A program made the translations under genes and the position numbers. Source: a candidate division WOR-3 bacterium (GTDB taxonomy: Bacteria; Hydrothermota; Hydrothermia; LBFQ01). Taken from it: a DNA stretch of 64,000 nt. This document shows positions 9,457-19,206 of the stretch, piece after piece; positions within the stretch are counted from its first letter, which is position 1; each line of letters starts with the position of its first letter. The notes below the pieces were generated by a model that saw only the letters and a program-made list of their open reading frames with translations, was not told the DNA's origin and made no database searches. Location of the stretch: positions 17,195 to 81,194 of the forward strand of contig JALUCS010000097.1 in assembly GCA_027050205.1 (NCBI GenBank). Direction: 5' to 3'.

Positions 9457-10203
9457 ATGAGGGACCTCTTAAAGAGGATAAGGTCTCTGGCCTTCGTGGC
9501 CACGGTAGTTTGGGGCATAGGCCCCGGATGCCCTCCCCCTCCACCGGAACTGGCCATATGGGTTGAGAGGTACGAGGTCAGCGGCAACGGTACGAAGATG
9601 GATCTCACCTTATACGTCTCTCCACCGGCCGGCACCCTGTACATAGAGTGTTCCGACGGCAACCCCTTTGATACGGTGGTCTTAGACGAGGGGACGGACT
9701 CCCTGGAGTACTCGCTTGACAGCACCTTCCTCGCCTCCTGCTCCGACCACACCTGGACTCGCTTCACCTACACGTACGAGGGCGACAAGACGATGATGGA
9801 CCTCCTCCACAGCGACGTACCCATACGCACTATCGGGTATCCGAACCGTCCCCGTAAGGTCGTCATAGACTACAGGGATACGGTCCTCATATACGACGAC
9901 TCCTCCGGCTACGTCCTGACTTCCAACGGCTACGTCAAGTTCGCCCCCTACACCGGTGGGGTGTATGCCCCCATCCCTCCGGCCCCCTATATGGATACCC
10001 TTTCCATCACGAAGGGTGGTACGGCGGTGGTATGGATAGACCACGACCGCGACGGTGCCGAGGGGTACGATGGGGACGACCTTTTTGGCGTCCTAACGGC
10101 CACGCCCGACGGTGTAAGGTTCAGCGTCTTAGGGTTGCTCTACACCCACCCCACCCTGACCGGCTACCGGGGACTTGACCTGTGCTTCAGGTGTAGTATG
10201 TAA
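9457..10203 (+). CDS. Hypothetical (lipo)protein
   Basis: Basic n-region, hydrophobic core and GPG-C followed by poly-Pro; beta-rich; DHDRDG motif. Confidence 0.65.
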   Translation: MRDLLKRIRSLAFVATVVWGIGPGCPPPPPELAIWVERYEVSGNGTKMDLTLYVSPPAGTLYIECSDGNPFDTVVLDEGTDSLEYSLDSTFLASCSDHTWTRFTYTYEGDKTMMDLLHSDVPIRTIGYPNRPRKVVIDYRDTVLIYDDSSGYVLTSNGYVKFAPYTGGVYAPIPPAPYMDTLSITKGGTAVVWIDHDRDGAEGYDGDDLFGVLTATPDGVRFSVLGLLYTHPTLTGYRGLDLCFRCSM

Positions 10204-10656
10204 GTGTAGGGGTAGAGGCGGATCGTGGCGCAGAGGGGTGTTGCCACGGAGGATAGGGCGTGTCTCTCACCTTCCCAAGAGCATCTTTAGGATGCTTACG
10301 AACCCGAACTCCTCCGTTAATCCATGGGAACTCCAAGAATTCCTACGGTCCTCTTCGTAAAGTATCAAAGCTGTGAAGGATGTAAGTCATTCATCGTGGT
10401 TTTATGGGGAGTAGAATCGGACGTAATATTAGGTCTAATGAGGGATTGTACCCGCTCCGTATGTAATCCATACCGAGGAAATCCTATAAAAATCTGCCTT
10501 CCGATTCCACTAACGGCGCGAGTCTTCGCCGTCCCAAAGGTTCCGTAAGGGAGAGGCGTTGAGGACATCCGACCTTACATCCCCAATCGGGGGCAAGGCT
10601 CGGCACGTCCCTGCGACTCCCCCCTTAAAATATCCAACATCAAAAGGAGGTAAAGG

Positions 10657-10911
10657 ATGGACAGGAACGAGATACTCAAGAAGATCAAGGACATCGCCGT
10701 GGAAGAGCTGGGAGTCTCCCCGGAGAAGGTTACGGAAGAGGCGCGCTTCATAGAGGACCTCGGAGCCGACTCCATAGGCGTGATGGAGCTGGTGATGAAG
10801 ATGGAGGAGGAGTTCGGCCTCCAGATACCCGACGAGGACATAGAGAAGCTGCGCACCGTGGACGACGTTATAGACTACATCTTAAAGAAGTTAAAGAAGA
10901 CGCAGTCGTGA
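10657..10911 (+). CDS. acpP: Acyl carrier protein
   Basis: FIEDLGADS(IG)VMELVM..EEEFG..IPDE; SD AAGGAGG and TAAAAT upstream. Confidence 0.95.
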   Translation: MDRNEILKKIKDIAVEELGVSPEKVTEEARFIEDLGADSIGVMELVMKMEEEFGLQIPDEDIEKLRTVDDVIDYILKKLKKTQS

Positions 10912-12152
10912 GAAGGGTTGTTATAACGGGCCTTGGGGCCATAACCTCCCTCGGGGAGGACGTCCCCACCCTGTGGGAGAACCTCGTAAGGGGGAAGAGC
11001 GGAGTCTCACGGATAGAGAGGTTTGACCCCTCCGGCTTCCGGACCCAGATAGCCGCCGAGATAAAGGAGTTTGATCCGAAGAAGCGGTTCCCGAAGGGGA
11101 AGATAGGGGGGGTACCTCTACGGAAGCTGGACCGTTTCCTCCTCTACGCCCTCTGGGCGGCGGATGAGGCCATAAGGGACAGCGGTATCTTAGACTCCGC
11201 CGACCCCGACAGGGTGGGGGTCCTTATCGCCTCCGGCATAGGGGGGGTTGAGACGCTTGAGAGGGAGGTAATAACGGGATACACCCGCGGGTACAACCGG
11301 ATAAGCCCCTACCTCGTCCCTATGATGATACCGGACATGGCCTCCGGCTTAGTAGCCATAGAGTACGGCTTCAAGGGACCGAACTATACCGTCGTCTCCG
11401 CCTGCGCCTCCTCCGCCAACGCCTTGGGGGATGCCCTACGCCTCATCAGGTACGGAGACGCCGACGTTATGGTCGTTGGCGGTTCAGAGGCCCCCATCAT
11501 AAAGACAGCCCTCGCCGGATTCTCCTCTATGCGCGCCCTCTCCACCCGAAACGACGAGCCGGAGAAGGCCTCCCGCCCCTTTGACGCCGAGAGGGACGGC
11601 TTCGTGATGGCCGAGGGTGCGGCCGTCCTCATCCTTGAGGAGTACGAGCATGCGAAGAGGAGGGGGGCCAAGATATACGCCGAGCTTCTCGGCTACGGAG
11701 CCACGGCCGACGCCCACCACATAACCGCACCCTGTGAGGACGGTGAGGGTGCCGTAAAGGCTATACGCCGCGCCCTTGAGGATGCCAACGTAAGCCTAGA
11801 GGACGTTGATTACATAAACGCCCACGGCACCTCCACCAAGCTGAACGACCTCGCCGAAACGAGGGCCATAAAGAAGGCCTTCGGTCCCCATGCCTACAGG
11901 CTCGCCGTCTCCTCAACGAAGTCCATGACCGGACACCTCCTCGGAGGGGCCGGAGCTTTGGAGGCCCTGGCCACCGTCAAGGCCATAGAAACCGGCGTAG
12001 TCCCACCCACCATAAACTACGAGCATCCCGACCCCGAATGCGATTTGGACTACGTCCCCAACGAGGCGAGGGAGATGGAAGTCAGGTACGCCCTATCCAA
12101 CTCCTTCGGGTTCGGCGGCCACAACGCCGTCCTGGTCTTCGGTAAGGTCTAA
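10908..12152 (+). CDS. fabF: Beta-ketoacyl-ACP synthase II
   Basis: Catalytic VSACASS, NAHGTST and GHLLG motifs; C-terminal NSFGFGGHN. Confidence 0.97.
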   Translation: MRRVVITGLGAITSLGEDVPTLWENLVRGKSGVSRIERFDPSGFRTQIAAEIKEFDPKKRFPKGKIGGVPLRKLDRFLLYALWAADEAIRDSGILDSADPDRVGVLIASGIGGVETLEREVITGYTRGYNRISPYLVPMMIPDMASGLVAIEYGFKGPNYTVVSACASSANALGDALRLIRYGDADVMVVGGSEAPIIKTALAGFSSMRALSTRNDEPEKASRPFDAERDGFVMAEGAAVLILEEYEHAKRRGAKIYAELLGYGATADAHHITAPCEDGEGAVKAIRRALEDANVSLEDVDYINAHGTSTKLNDLAETRAIKKAFGPHAYRLAVSSTKSMTGHLLGGAGALEALATVKAIETGVVPPTINYEHPDPECDLDYVPNEAREMEVRYALSNSFGFGGHNAVLVFGKV

Positions 12153-13369
12153 ACGGGGAAGGGGCTACCAAGGAACCTCCTTAGGAAACTCCCGACGAGG
12201 TAGAGGGAACCGGTGATGACGGTAGGTTGGTGGAGGATATTTTGGATCTCGTTGATGCCGTTTAGGGTTGCGCACTTTGGATGGAGGACGAGACAGGCTC
12301 TATAGACCTCATCGGCCGGGAGACTCCTCCGCCAGGGGTACTGGGTCACGAAGATCCAATCGGCCACCTCCGACACCCTCCTTACGAAGGCCACGTAATC
12401 CTTCCCACGGCTGAAGGCGAGGACGAAGTTGAAGCGACGGCGGGGGAATATCCGCTTTAGGGAGGAGACGAGGTATCGGGCGGCAACCTCGTTGTGGGCG
12501 CCATCCACCAGGAGGAGGGGGGATCTCCTCAAGACCTGCATCCTCCCCGGAACGAAAAGCCCCTCCGTTTTGAAGCCAACGCCGAGGGCCTTGAGGACGT
12601 GGTAGGCCAAGGCCCCGTTCTCCGCCTGAAACTCGCCCAAGAGGGGCAACCTTATGACCTTCCCGTCCGTCTCAAACACCGTCCCCTCTTCCCCTACGTA
12701 CAGAACCCTATGCTTCACGACCACCACCTCCGCCCCCACCTCCTTAGCCCTCCCCTCTATCACCGGCAGGATCCGGCGGTTGGACTCCGGGGTTATTACT
12801 AGGGAGCCGGATTTGATTATACCGGCCTTCTCGCGGGCTATCTCCTGCAAGGTATGGCCGAGGATGGAGGTGTGGTCGTAGTCTATGCGGGTTATTATGC
12901 CGACCTTCTGCTCCACGACGTTGGTGGCGTCCAACCTCCCGCCCAGACCCACCTCAAAGACCTCGTACTCCGTCCCCTCCTTCAGGAAGTGGAGGAAGGC
13001 GGCAGCCGTTATGGCCTCAAAGAAGGTCGTAGGTTTCCCCGTAGAGAAGACCCTTGAGAGGGCCTCCGTCAGGTCCTCCTTCCCTATGGGGGAGCCGTCT
13101 ATCTGGATCCTCTCGTGGAGGCTCATCAGGTGGGGGGAGATGTTCATACCCGTCCGGTATCCGGCGTTCGTAAGCCCCTGCGCCACCATATGCACTACGG
13201 AGCCTTTGCCCTTGGTGCCGGCTACGAGGATGGGGTGGGACAGTTTTAGGTGGGGGTCCCCCAGAGCCTCCAACATCTCCCTAAACCGACCTATGTCCTT
13301 TACGAAACCCTTAACCCTCTCGTAGTTGGCGAGGCGGTAGAGCCGGGATAAGACCTCGTGGTACCCCAC
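12149..13369 (-). CDS. folC: Bifunctional folylpolyglutamate/dihydrofolate synthase
   Basis: [22 protein letters not shown] and VDGAHN motifs. Confidence 0.93.
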   Translation of the reverse strand: MGYHEVLSRLYRLANYERVKGFVKDIGRFREMLEALGDPHLKLSHPILVAGTKGKGSVVHMVAQGLTNAGYRTGMNISPHLMSLHERIQIDGSPIGKEDLTEALSRVFSTGKPTTFFEAITAAAFLHFLKEGTEYEVFEVGLGGRLDATNVVEQKVGIITRIDYDHTSILGHTLQEIAREKAGIIKSGSLVITPESNRRILPVIEGRAKEVGAEVVVVKHRVLYVGEEGTVFETDGKVIRLPLLGEFQAENGALAYHVLKALGVGFKTEGLFVPGRMQVLRRSPLLLVDGAHNEVAARYLVSSLKRIFPRRRFNFVLAFSRGKDYVAFVRRVSEVADWIFVTQYPWRRSLPADEVYRACLVLHPKCATLNGINEIQNILHQPTVITGSLYLVGSFLRRFLGSPFPV

Positions 13370-13375
13370 GGCGGG

Positions 13376-13381
13376 ATTCTA
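13376..13381 (-). promoter_or_regulatory. -10 box TAGAAT for folC whose first three bases are the mfd stop codon
   Basis: Minus strand reads TAG(stop)AAT-cccgcc-GTG. Confidence 0.6.
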
Positions 13382-15883
13382 AACGGGGAGGGTGGTGGAG
13401 ACCCTCTTCCGGTGGAGGTTAGCCAGGCGGAGGACAGGCTCCGGAGGTTCCCCGAATATGTCCCGCATCTCGTTTAGGATGCTGTCCACCTCCGACGGCG
13501 ATTGGGCGTCGGCGAACCGGACGTAGTACTCTACCCTCCTGTCGGGGTCCCGTACGTAGTCCTCCGGTATGTGCGCGTACCTGTCCTCGTACTCCCTCCC
13601 CTCCCCCTCAAGACCCAACGCCCGCCTTACGAACTTAAGGTAGAGCTTGAAGCCCACCTTCGCCACCTTGCCGTGCTGCTTTATGCCGAGGAGTTCGCCC
13701 ATCCCCCTTATCTCAAGGTCCCGGAGGGCCAACTTGTAGCCCTCACCGAGGGAGGAGTACATAGCGAGGTACTCTAAGCGTTTCTTTGCGTTTCCCTTCA
13801 GGGGCGGCCGGTAGAGGAAGAGGGCGTAGGCCTGAACCGTCCATCTGCCCACCCTACCCCTAAGCTGGTGCAACTGCGAGAGGCCGAGCATCTCCGGGCG
13901 TTCAACTATCAGGGTGTTGGCGTTGGGGAAGTCCAGACCGGCCTCAACTATGGCCGTAGATACGAGGACCTTCACCTCGTCCTCGTAGAAGGCGTCCATC
14001 ACCTCCCTTATCCGTCGCTTCGGCATCTTGCCGTGGAGCATCTCCATCGGGACACCGGGGAGGAGTCCCCTCAACCGCTCCAAGACCTTCTCTAAGCCCT
14101 CCACCCTGTTGAAGACGTAGAAGACCTGTCCCCCTCTGCTCAACTCCCGGTTTATGGCCTCCGCCACGAGGTGGTCGTCGTACTCCCCTATGTAGGTTAT
14201 GACGGGGAGCCTGCCGGGGGGAGGGGTGCGGATGTGGGAGACGTCCATAAGCCCCTCAAGGCCCATCGCGAGGGTGCGGGGTATGGGGGTGGCGGACAGG
14301 TAGAGATAGTCGGCCTTGGGGTGAAGGCGTTTGAAATGCTCCTTCTGGAGGACACCGAAGTGCTGCTCCTCGTCCACCACGACCAAACCGAGGTTTGGTA
14401 CGTCCATGCGGAGGAGGGCGTGGGTGCCGATATACAAGGCGGGTCCCTCCCCCATCCGTCCCCGTTTGGATATGCGGGACACCATATAGACCGGTATCCC
14501 GAAGGCCTCAAGGCGGGGGGCTACGTTCCGGTAGTGCTGATAGGCGAGGAGGGTACTGGGGACGAGCCAGACGACGGACTTACCGTAGGCGAGGACCCGG
14601 AAGGCCGCCCGCAGGGCCACCTCCGTCTTCCCGAAGGCCACCTCCCCCACCAAGAGCCTGTCCATTACGAAGTCGCCCTCAAGGTCGGAGAGTACCTCCC
14701 TTATCGCCCTCATCTGGTCCTCCGTCTCCGTGTAGGGGAAGGTCGCCCAGAACTCTTTCTCCTCCGGGACGGGGGGATAGTTGAAGCCCCTCGGCACCCT
14801 CCGGCTCACCATTATGTTCAGAAGCTCCCGCGCTATCTTGGAGCTCTCAAGGAGGGCCTTGGCCCTGTCCCTCTGCCACGTCCTGCGGTTTAGGGAGGAG
14901 AGGGGAGGCTCGTACCCCTCCGGCCCTACGTACCGGGTCAGCTTATGGGCCTTGTAGACGGGGACGGAGAGCCTGCCGTCGGAGTACTGCAGGAGTATCA
15001 CCTCCCCGACCTCCCTCCTCTCAAGGCCGAGGAATATGCCAACGCCGTAGTCTTCGTGGACGACGTAATCCCCCGGCTCAAGGTATCGGGGGGCCTTTAC
15101 CTTCACCTTGGAGATAACCTCGCCGGTCGTGGGTTTTGCCCCTATCACCTCCCACTCGCCTAAATACACCTCCCTACGTTCCTCGTCCGTAAAACCCTCG
15201 TAGAGATTCCCCCTTACGAGCCTCACCCCCAGGCCCTCAAAGAGGGCCAGCCTCACAGGATTGCCGGCGAAGAAGACCCTATAGCCCCTCTCCCTCATCG
15301 CCCTGACGTACCGGGCCGCCCGCTCAAAGTTCCCGAAGGGTGGATTGAAGCGTATCCCCTCCGCCTCCGGTGGGGTTATCACCTCGCCCGGTAGGGGAGA
15401 GCTGGAAGGCAGCAGGAATAGAAAGCCTTCAACCTTACCTGTACTCAACTGGGTGTAGGGGGAGAACTCCCTGACCTCCTCCACCTCGTCCCCGTAGAGG
15501 ATGATGCGGAAGGCGGCGTTCTTGAAGACTATATCCAGTATCCCTCCCCGGATGGCGAACTCCCCCGGCCTCTCGGCGAACTCCCCCCTCTCAAAACCCG
15601 CCTCAATCAACCTCACCGATAGAGCCGATAGGTTAATCCTTTTGCCGGGCTTTACCTCCACAGCCTCCGCCCCTATCCCCTCCGTTCCTACCACCACCAG
15701 CCCCTCACCGGGGAGGCGGGCGGCCCACAGCCCGTATTCATCCCCCGGAAAGGCCGGGACACCGAAGGCCTGAAGCTCACCCACGACCTCCGCCACCTTG
15801 TCCCTTACCGGGAGGTACAGGATACCACCCTTCAGCCGCTTTACGGTGTGTAAGGTCAGAAATCCGGAAGGGAGGGGCCTCAT
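13379..15883 (-). CDS. mfd: Transcription-repair coupling factor (compact, 834 aa)
   Basis: GEFAIRGGILD, PGDYVVHEDYGVG (RID domain), GEVAFGKTEVA, DEEQHFG, SATPIPRTL, QLHQLRGRVGR, DLEIRGMGELLG. Confidence 0.93.
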   Translation of the reverse strand: MRPLPSGFLTLHTVKRLKGGILYLPVRDKVAEVVGELQAFGVPAFPGDEYGLWAARLPGEGLVVVGTEGIGAEAVEVKPGKRINLSALSVRLIEAGFERGEFAERPGEFAIRGGILDIVFKNAAFRIILYGDEVEEVREFSPYTQLSTGKVEGFLFLLPSSSPLPGEVITPPEAEGIRFNPPFGNFERAARYVRAMRERGYRVFFAGNPVRLALFEGLGVRLVRGNLYEGFTDEERREVYLGEWEVIGAKPTTGEVISKVKVKAPRYLEPGDYVVHEDYGVGIFLGLERREVGEVILLQYSDGRLSVPVYKAHKLTRYVGPEGYEPPLSSLNRRTWQRDRAKALLESSKIARELLNIMVSRRVPRGFNYPPVPEEKEFWATFPYTETEDQMRAIREVLSDLEGDFVMDRLLVGEVAFGKTEVALRAAFRVLAYGKSVVWLVPSTLLAYQHYRNVAPRLEAFGIPVYMVSRISKRGRMGEGPALYIGTHALLRMDVPNLGLVVVDEEQHFGVLQKEHFKRLHPKADYLYLSATPIPRTLAMGLEGLMDVSHIRTPPPGRLPVITYIGEYDDHLVAEAINRELSRGGQVFYVFNRVEGLEKVLERLRGLLPGVPMEMLHGKMPKRRIREVMDAFYEDEVKVLVSTAIVEAGLDFPNANTLIVERPEMLGLSQLHQLRGRVGRWTVQAYALFLYRPPLKGNAKKRLEYLAMYSSLGEGYKLALRDLEIRGMGELLGIKQHGKVAKVGFKLYLKFVRRALGLEGEGREYEDRYAHIPEDYVRDPDRRVEYYVRFADAQSPSEVDSILNEMRDIFGEPPEPVLRLANLHRKRVSTTLPV

Positions 15884-16841
15884 AAACGCTCACAATTCTA
15901 ACGCAGTTCCGTAGGGGAGGTCCGTCCCCTGACGTCGTTGGGAGCCTTGGGTGGCGTTTATAGGGTTTAGAAATCTTGAACTTGAATTTACAGTTTCCGT
16001 TAATACGACTTCACACTTTTTGAATTCTGACTTATAGATTTTTTGAAGTGTAGTTTCCAGTTTTTGAAGGTGCGGGCGAACTCCATACTCACCCCAACCA
16101 TCTGTGTAATGCCATCCCGAACTTATCGTTGATCCGTCTATAAACTGCACAAATTGCAAGGATACGAATCAGATTTTTACATTTATAACGGGAAAATCAG
16201 GAGTAATTGAACTTGATGATGAATAACCTCCGATTCTACTGCGATTTGTGTTTGGGAAGTCGCAAAAAATCCTCACTGCCGGTTTCGGCAGGTGGAGTTG
16301 AGGGTTTTAAAGTTCCCCGAATTGCCGATTTTCGGTATTTGATGGGCGAGATGGTGAATTTTCTACAGATTACCGGTTTCCGTCAATCTTATTTTGCACT
16401 TTATTGAAAATAGACCGTATTGAAGTATAAGTTTCAATTCTTCAAAACTACGCTTTCATCATTTTTGAAAAGATAAACGAGCCTCGCACTTCTATTCAAC
16501 ACAACCGTGAAATTTATTCACATAGTGCTAGATTTCGGCATTATTGGAACATTTTACTTTAAATAATCTTAAACATATTTTTGGTTAATTTATGCAGAAT
16601 TTCAAATATCATTTCATAAAAATTCGCGTAATTGTGGAGAATACGGATACACATCTCCGGCCTTACGGGGAGCATAACTGTGGGTAAATTCCCGACATAT
16701 GCGACCCTTGAATGGGGGTTGAAGTTTTGCAATCCAAGCATCGTCCCGTTTGCGTAATATCCTCCAAGGACCCCACCACCCTACGACCGTACCCTTGAAA
16801 GCGGGCCTGTACCGTCCTAGTCCCCCTTAAATTTCCCGCCT

Positions 16842-18383
16842 ATGAGCATAGAGGAGAAGCTGCGGCAACTCAAGGAGCTGAAGAAGAAGGCCTACGAGGG
16901 AGGGGGACCGGAGAGGATAAAACGCCAGCACGAGAAGGGCAAGCTGACGGCGAGGGAGAGGATAGACTACCTCCTGGACGAAGGCTCCTTTATGGAGATA
17001 GGGGTGTTCGTCACCCACAGGAACCCTGACGTCAAGCAGAAGTACTACGGCGACGGCGTCGTCGCCGGCTTTGGCACCATAGACGGGAGGCCGGTCGGCA
17101 TCTTCGCCCACGACTTCACCGTAATCGGTGGCACCATATCCGAGAGCAACGCCAAGAAGATCGTACAGGTGATGGACACGGCTATGAGAGTGGGGATCCC
17201 CGTGATAGGCCTGAACGACTCCGGAGGGGCGCGGATCCAGGACGGTGTGGCCTCCCTCGGTGGGTACGCCGAGATATTCCTACGGAACGTCCTCGCCTCC
17301 GGCGTGATACCCCAGATCTCGGCCATACTCGGACCCTCGGCCGGTGGGGCGGTGTATAGCCCAGCCATAACGGACTTCATTTTTATGCGGAGGGGGGCCA
17401 GCTATATGTTCATAACGGGGCCGGAGGTGGTGAAGGCCGTAACCCACGAGGAGGTAACCCACGAGGAACTCGGAGGGGCCGACATCCACGCCGAAAGGTC
17501 GGGGGTGGCCCACTTCGTATATGACAGCGAGGCGGAAATCTTTGAGGGTATAAGGAAGCTCCTCTCCTACCTCCCCTCCAACAACGCCGAAGAGCCGCCA
17601 TACGTACCGACGGACGACCCCGAAGACAGGGAGGACCCCGACCTGAACTACATAGTCCCGGCTGACCCCTACCAGGGGTACGATATGAAGGACGTCATCA
17701 GGAAGATAGTTGATAACGGTGAGTTCTTTGAGGTACACGAGAACTTTGCACCGAACATCATAGTCGGTTTCGCCCGCCTTGGCGGTTTCCCCGTCGGGAT
17801 AGTCGCCCAGCAGCCCCTCCATCTGGCCGGGGCCTTGGACATAAACGCCTCGGTGAAGGCGGCCCGTTTCGTGCGGTTCTGCGACGCCTTCAACATCCCC
17901 ATAATAACCTTTGAGGACATACCCGGATTCCTCCCCGGAGTTGAGCAGGAGCATGGTGGGATAATCAGGCACGGGGCGAAGCTCCTCTTCGCCTACGCCG
18001 AGGCCACCGTCCCCAAGATAACCGTAGTGGTGCGCAAGTCCTACGGTGGGGCCTACTGCGTCCTTGGGTCCAAGCAGGTGAGGGCGGACCTCAACTACGC
18101 CTGGCCTACGGCGGAGTTCGCCGTGATGGGGCCGGAGGGGGCCGTGAAAATACTCTACCGGAAGGAGATAGCCAAGGCCGAGAACCCGCAGGAGCTGATA
18201 GACCGCCTGACGAGGGAGTACAGGGAGAAGTTTGCCAACCCCTACTACGCCGCCTCCCTCGGATACATAGACGACGTTATTGAGCCGGCCAAGACCCGCC
18301 AGGTCCTGATAAAGGGCCTCAGGCTGCTCCGGAACAAGCGTCAGACCCTCCCGCCCAAGAAGCATAGCAACATACCGCTATGA
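16842..18383 (+). CDS. pccB: Acyl-CoA carboxylase/carboxyltransferase beta subunit (PccB/MmdA type)
   Basis: GKLTARERI, DSGGARIQDG, GPSAGGAVYSPA, RKSYGGAY and KKHSNIPL motifs; substrate not determinable. Confidence 0.9.
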   Translation: MSIEEKLRQLKELKKKAYEGGGPERIKRQHEKGKLTARERIDYLLDEGSFMEIGVFVTHRNPDVKQKYYGDGVVAGFGTIDGRPVGIFAHDFTVIGGTISESNAKKIVQVMDTAMRVGIPVIGLNDSGGARIQDGVASLGGYAEIFLRNVLASGVIPQISAILGPSAGGAVYSPAITDFIFMRRGASYMFITGPEVVKAVTHEEVTHEELGGADIHAERSGVAHFVYDSEAEIFEGIRKLLSYLPSNNAEEPPYVPTDDPEDREDPDLNYIVPADPYQGYDMKDVIRKIVDNGEFFEVHENFAPNIIVGFARLGGFPVGIVAQQPLHLAGALDINASVKAARFVRFCDAFNIPIITFEDIPGFLPGVEQEHGGIIRHGAKLLFAYAEATVPKITVVVRKSYGGAYCVLGSKQVRADLNYAWPTAEFAVMGPEGAVKILYRKEIAKAENPQELIDRLTREYREKFANPYYAASLGYIDDVIEPAKTRQVLIKGLRLLRNKRQTLPPKKHSNIPL

Positions 18384-18988
18384 GGTACCGCGTAGGACCC
18401 TCCGTAATAGCCGCCGACTGGGCGAGGTGCTACGAGGAGTTGGAGAGGGCGAAGGAGGGGGATTTCATCCACGTGGACGTGATGGACGGCCACTTCGTCC
18501 CCAACCTCACCCTTGGCCCGGATCTGGCCAAAGCCGTGTACGAGAGGACGGGAAAGCCTCTGGACATACACCTTATGCTAACCCACCCCGACCGTTACAT
18601 CCACCGTTTTTTCCTCCCCGGAGTATTCCGTATAACCGTCCATTACGAGAGTTCGGCCTTTCTATCCTCAACCCTCCGCAGGATACGTGAGGCGGGGTTC
18701 AAAGCAGGGATCGCCATCTCGCCCGATACACCCGTCTCCCGCCTCCTGAAACTCCTGGATAGGCTGGATCAGGTCCTCGTTATGACCGTGTATCCGGGTT
18801 TCGCCGGCCAGAGGATGTTGGAGTGGGTCCTGCCGAAGGTGGACGAGCTGGACAGGATAAGGAGGGAGAGGGGCTTACGCTTCACCATAACGGTGGATGG
18901 TGGGGTTAAATGGGAAAATTTATCTAAGATAGGGCCGGCGGACGAGGTGGTCATGGGGTCCGCCTTCTTTAGAGGCAAAGTGGGGTGA
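18380..18988 (+). CDS. rpe: Ribulose-phosphate 3-epimerase
   Basis: HVDVMDGHFVPNLT, DIHLM, MTVYPGFAGQ and VDGGV motifs. Confidence 0.95.
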   Translation: MRYRVGPSVIAADWARCYEELERAKEGDFIHVDVMDGHFVPNLTLGPDLAKAVYERTGKPLDIHLMLTHPDRYIHRFFLPGVFRITVHYESSAFLSSTLRRIREAGFKAGIAISPDTPVSRLLKLLDRLDQVLVMTVYPGFAGQRMLEWVLPKVDELDRIRRERGLRFTITVDGGVKWENLSKIGPADEVVMGSAFFRGKVG

Positions 18989-19008
18989 AAAAATGCGGCT
19001 TTCAACCC

Positions 19009-19030
19009 TATAATACCCGTACAAGGAGGT
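19009..19030 (+). promoter_or_regulatory. TATAAT -10 box plus SD AAGGAGGT for an unannotated small ORF
   Basis: TATAAT at 19009-19014; AAGGAGGT at 19023-19030, 6 nt before the ATG at 19037. Confidence 0.7.
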
Positions 19031-19036
19031 AAGAGG

Positions 19037-19147
19037 ATGAAGAACGAAAGGCGCGTCCCGCGTATCTCCAAGAGGAAGCCCTATCAGAAACCCCGCATAC
19101 TGGGGAGGACGTCCTCCCGCGGGGGGAGCATCCTCGTGACGTACTGA
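19037..19147 (+). CDS. 36-aa basic small protein, RiPP-precursor-like: MKNERRVPRISKRKPYQKPRILGRTSSRGGSILVTY
   Basis: Translated by hand (below the ORF-track cutoff); ideal SD spacing, own -10 box and downstream hairpin; KPYxKPxI motif. Confidence 0.65.
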   Translation: MKNERRVPRISKRKPYQKPRILGRTSSRGGSILVTY

Positions 19148-19160
19148 GGATGTGAAAGGA

Positions 19161-19197
19161 CCCCACCCCTGCACCAACGGGGGTGGGGGTATTTTGT
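19161..19197 (+). terminator. Hairpin terminator after the small ORF
   Basis: CCCCACCCCT-loop-GGGGGTGGGG followed by GTATTTTGT. Confidence 0.55.
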
Positions 19198-19206
19198 GTA
19201 ATTGTT

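Noticed and set aside
14625-14660. Inactivated Walker A in Mfd (GEVAFGKT vs GDVGFGKT)
   Set aside because: Still fits GxxxxGKT and the other helicase motifs are intact.
15890-16741. Short ORFs in AT-rich spacers (e.g. 15890..16159, 16207..16407, 16559..16741, 28077..28687, 54612..54800)
   Set aside because: No SD or -10 geometry, atypical composition and no recognisable motifs; likely chance ORFs.
15884-16841. Replication origin in the AT-rich spacers (also 28105..28683)
   Set aside because: No clustered TTATCCACA boxes seen and no dnaA/dnaN/gidA context.
19037-19147. Classical lasso peptide
   Set aside because: No Asp/Glu at core positions 7-9 for the macrolactam and no cyclase or peptidase adjacent; kept only as a generic RRE-leader-like peptide.
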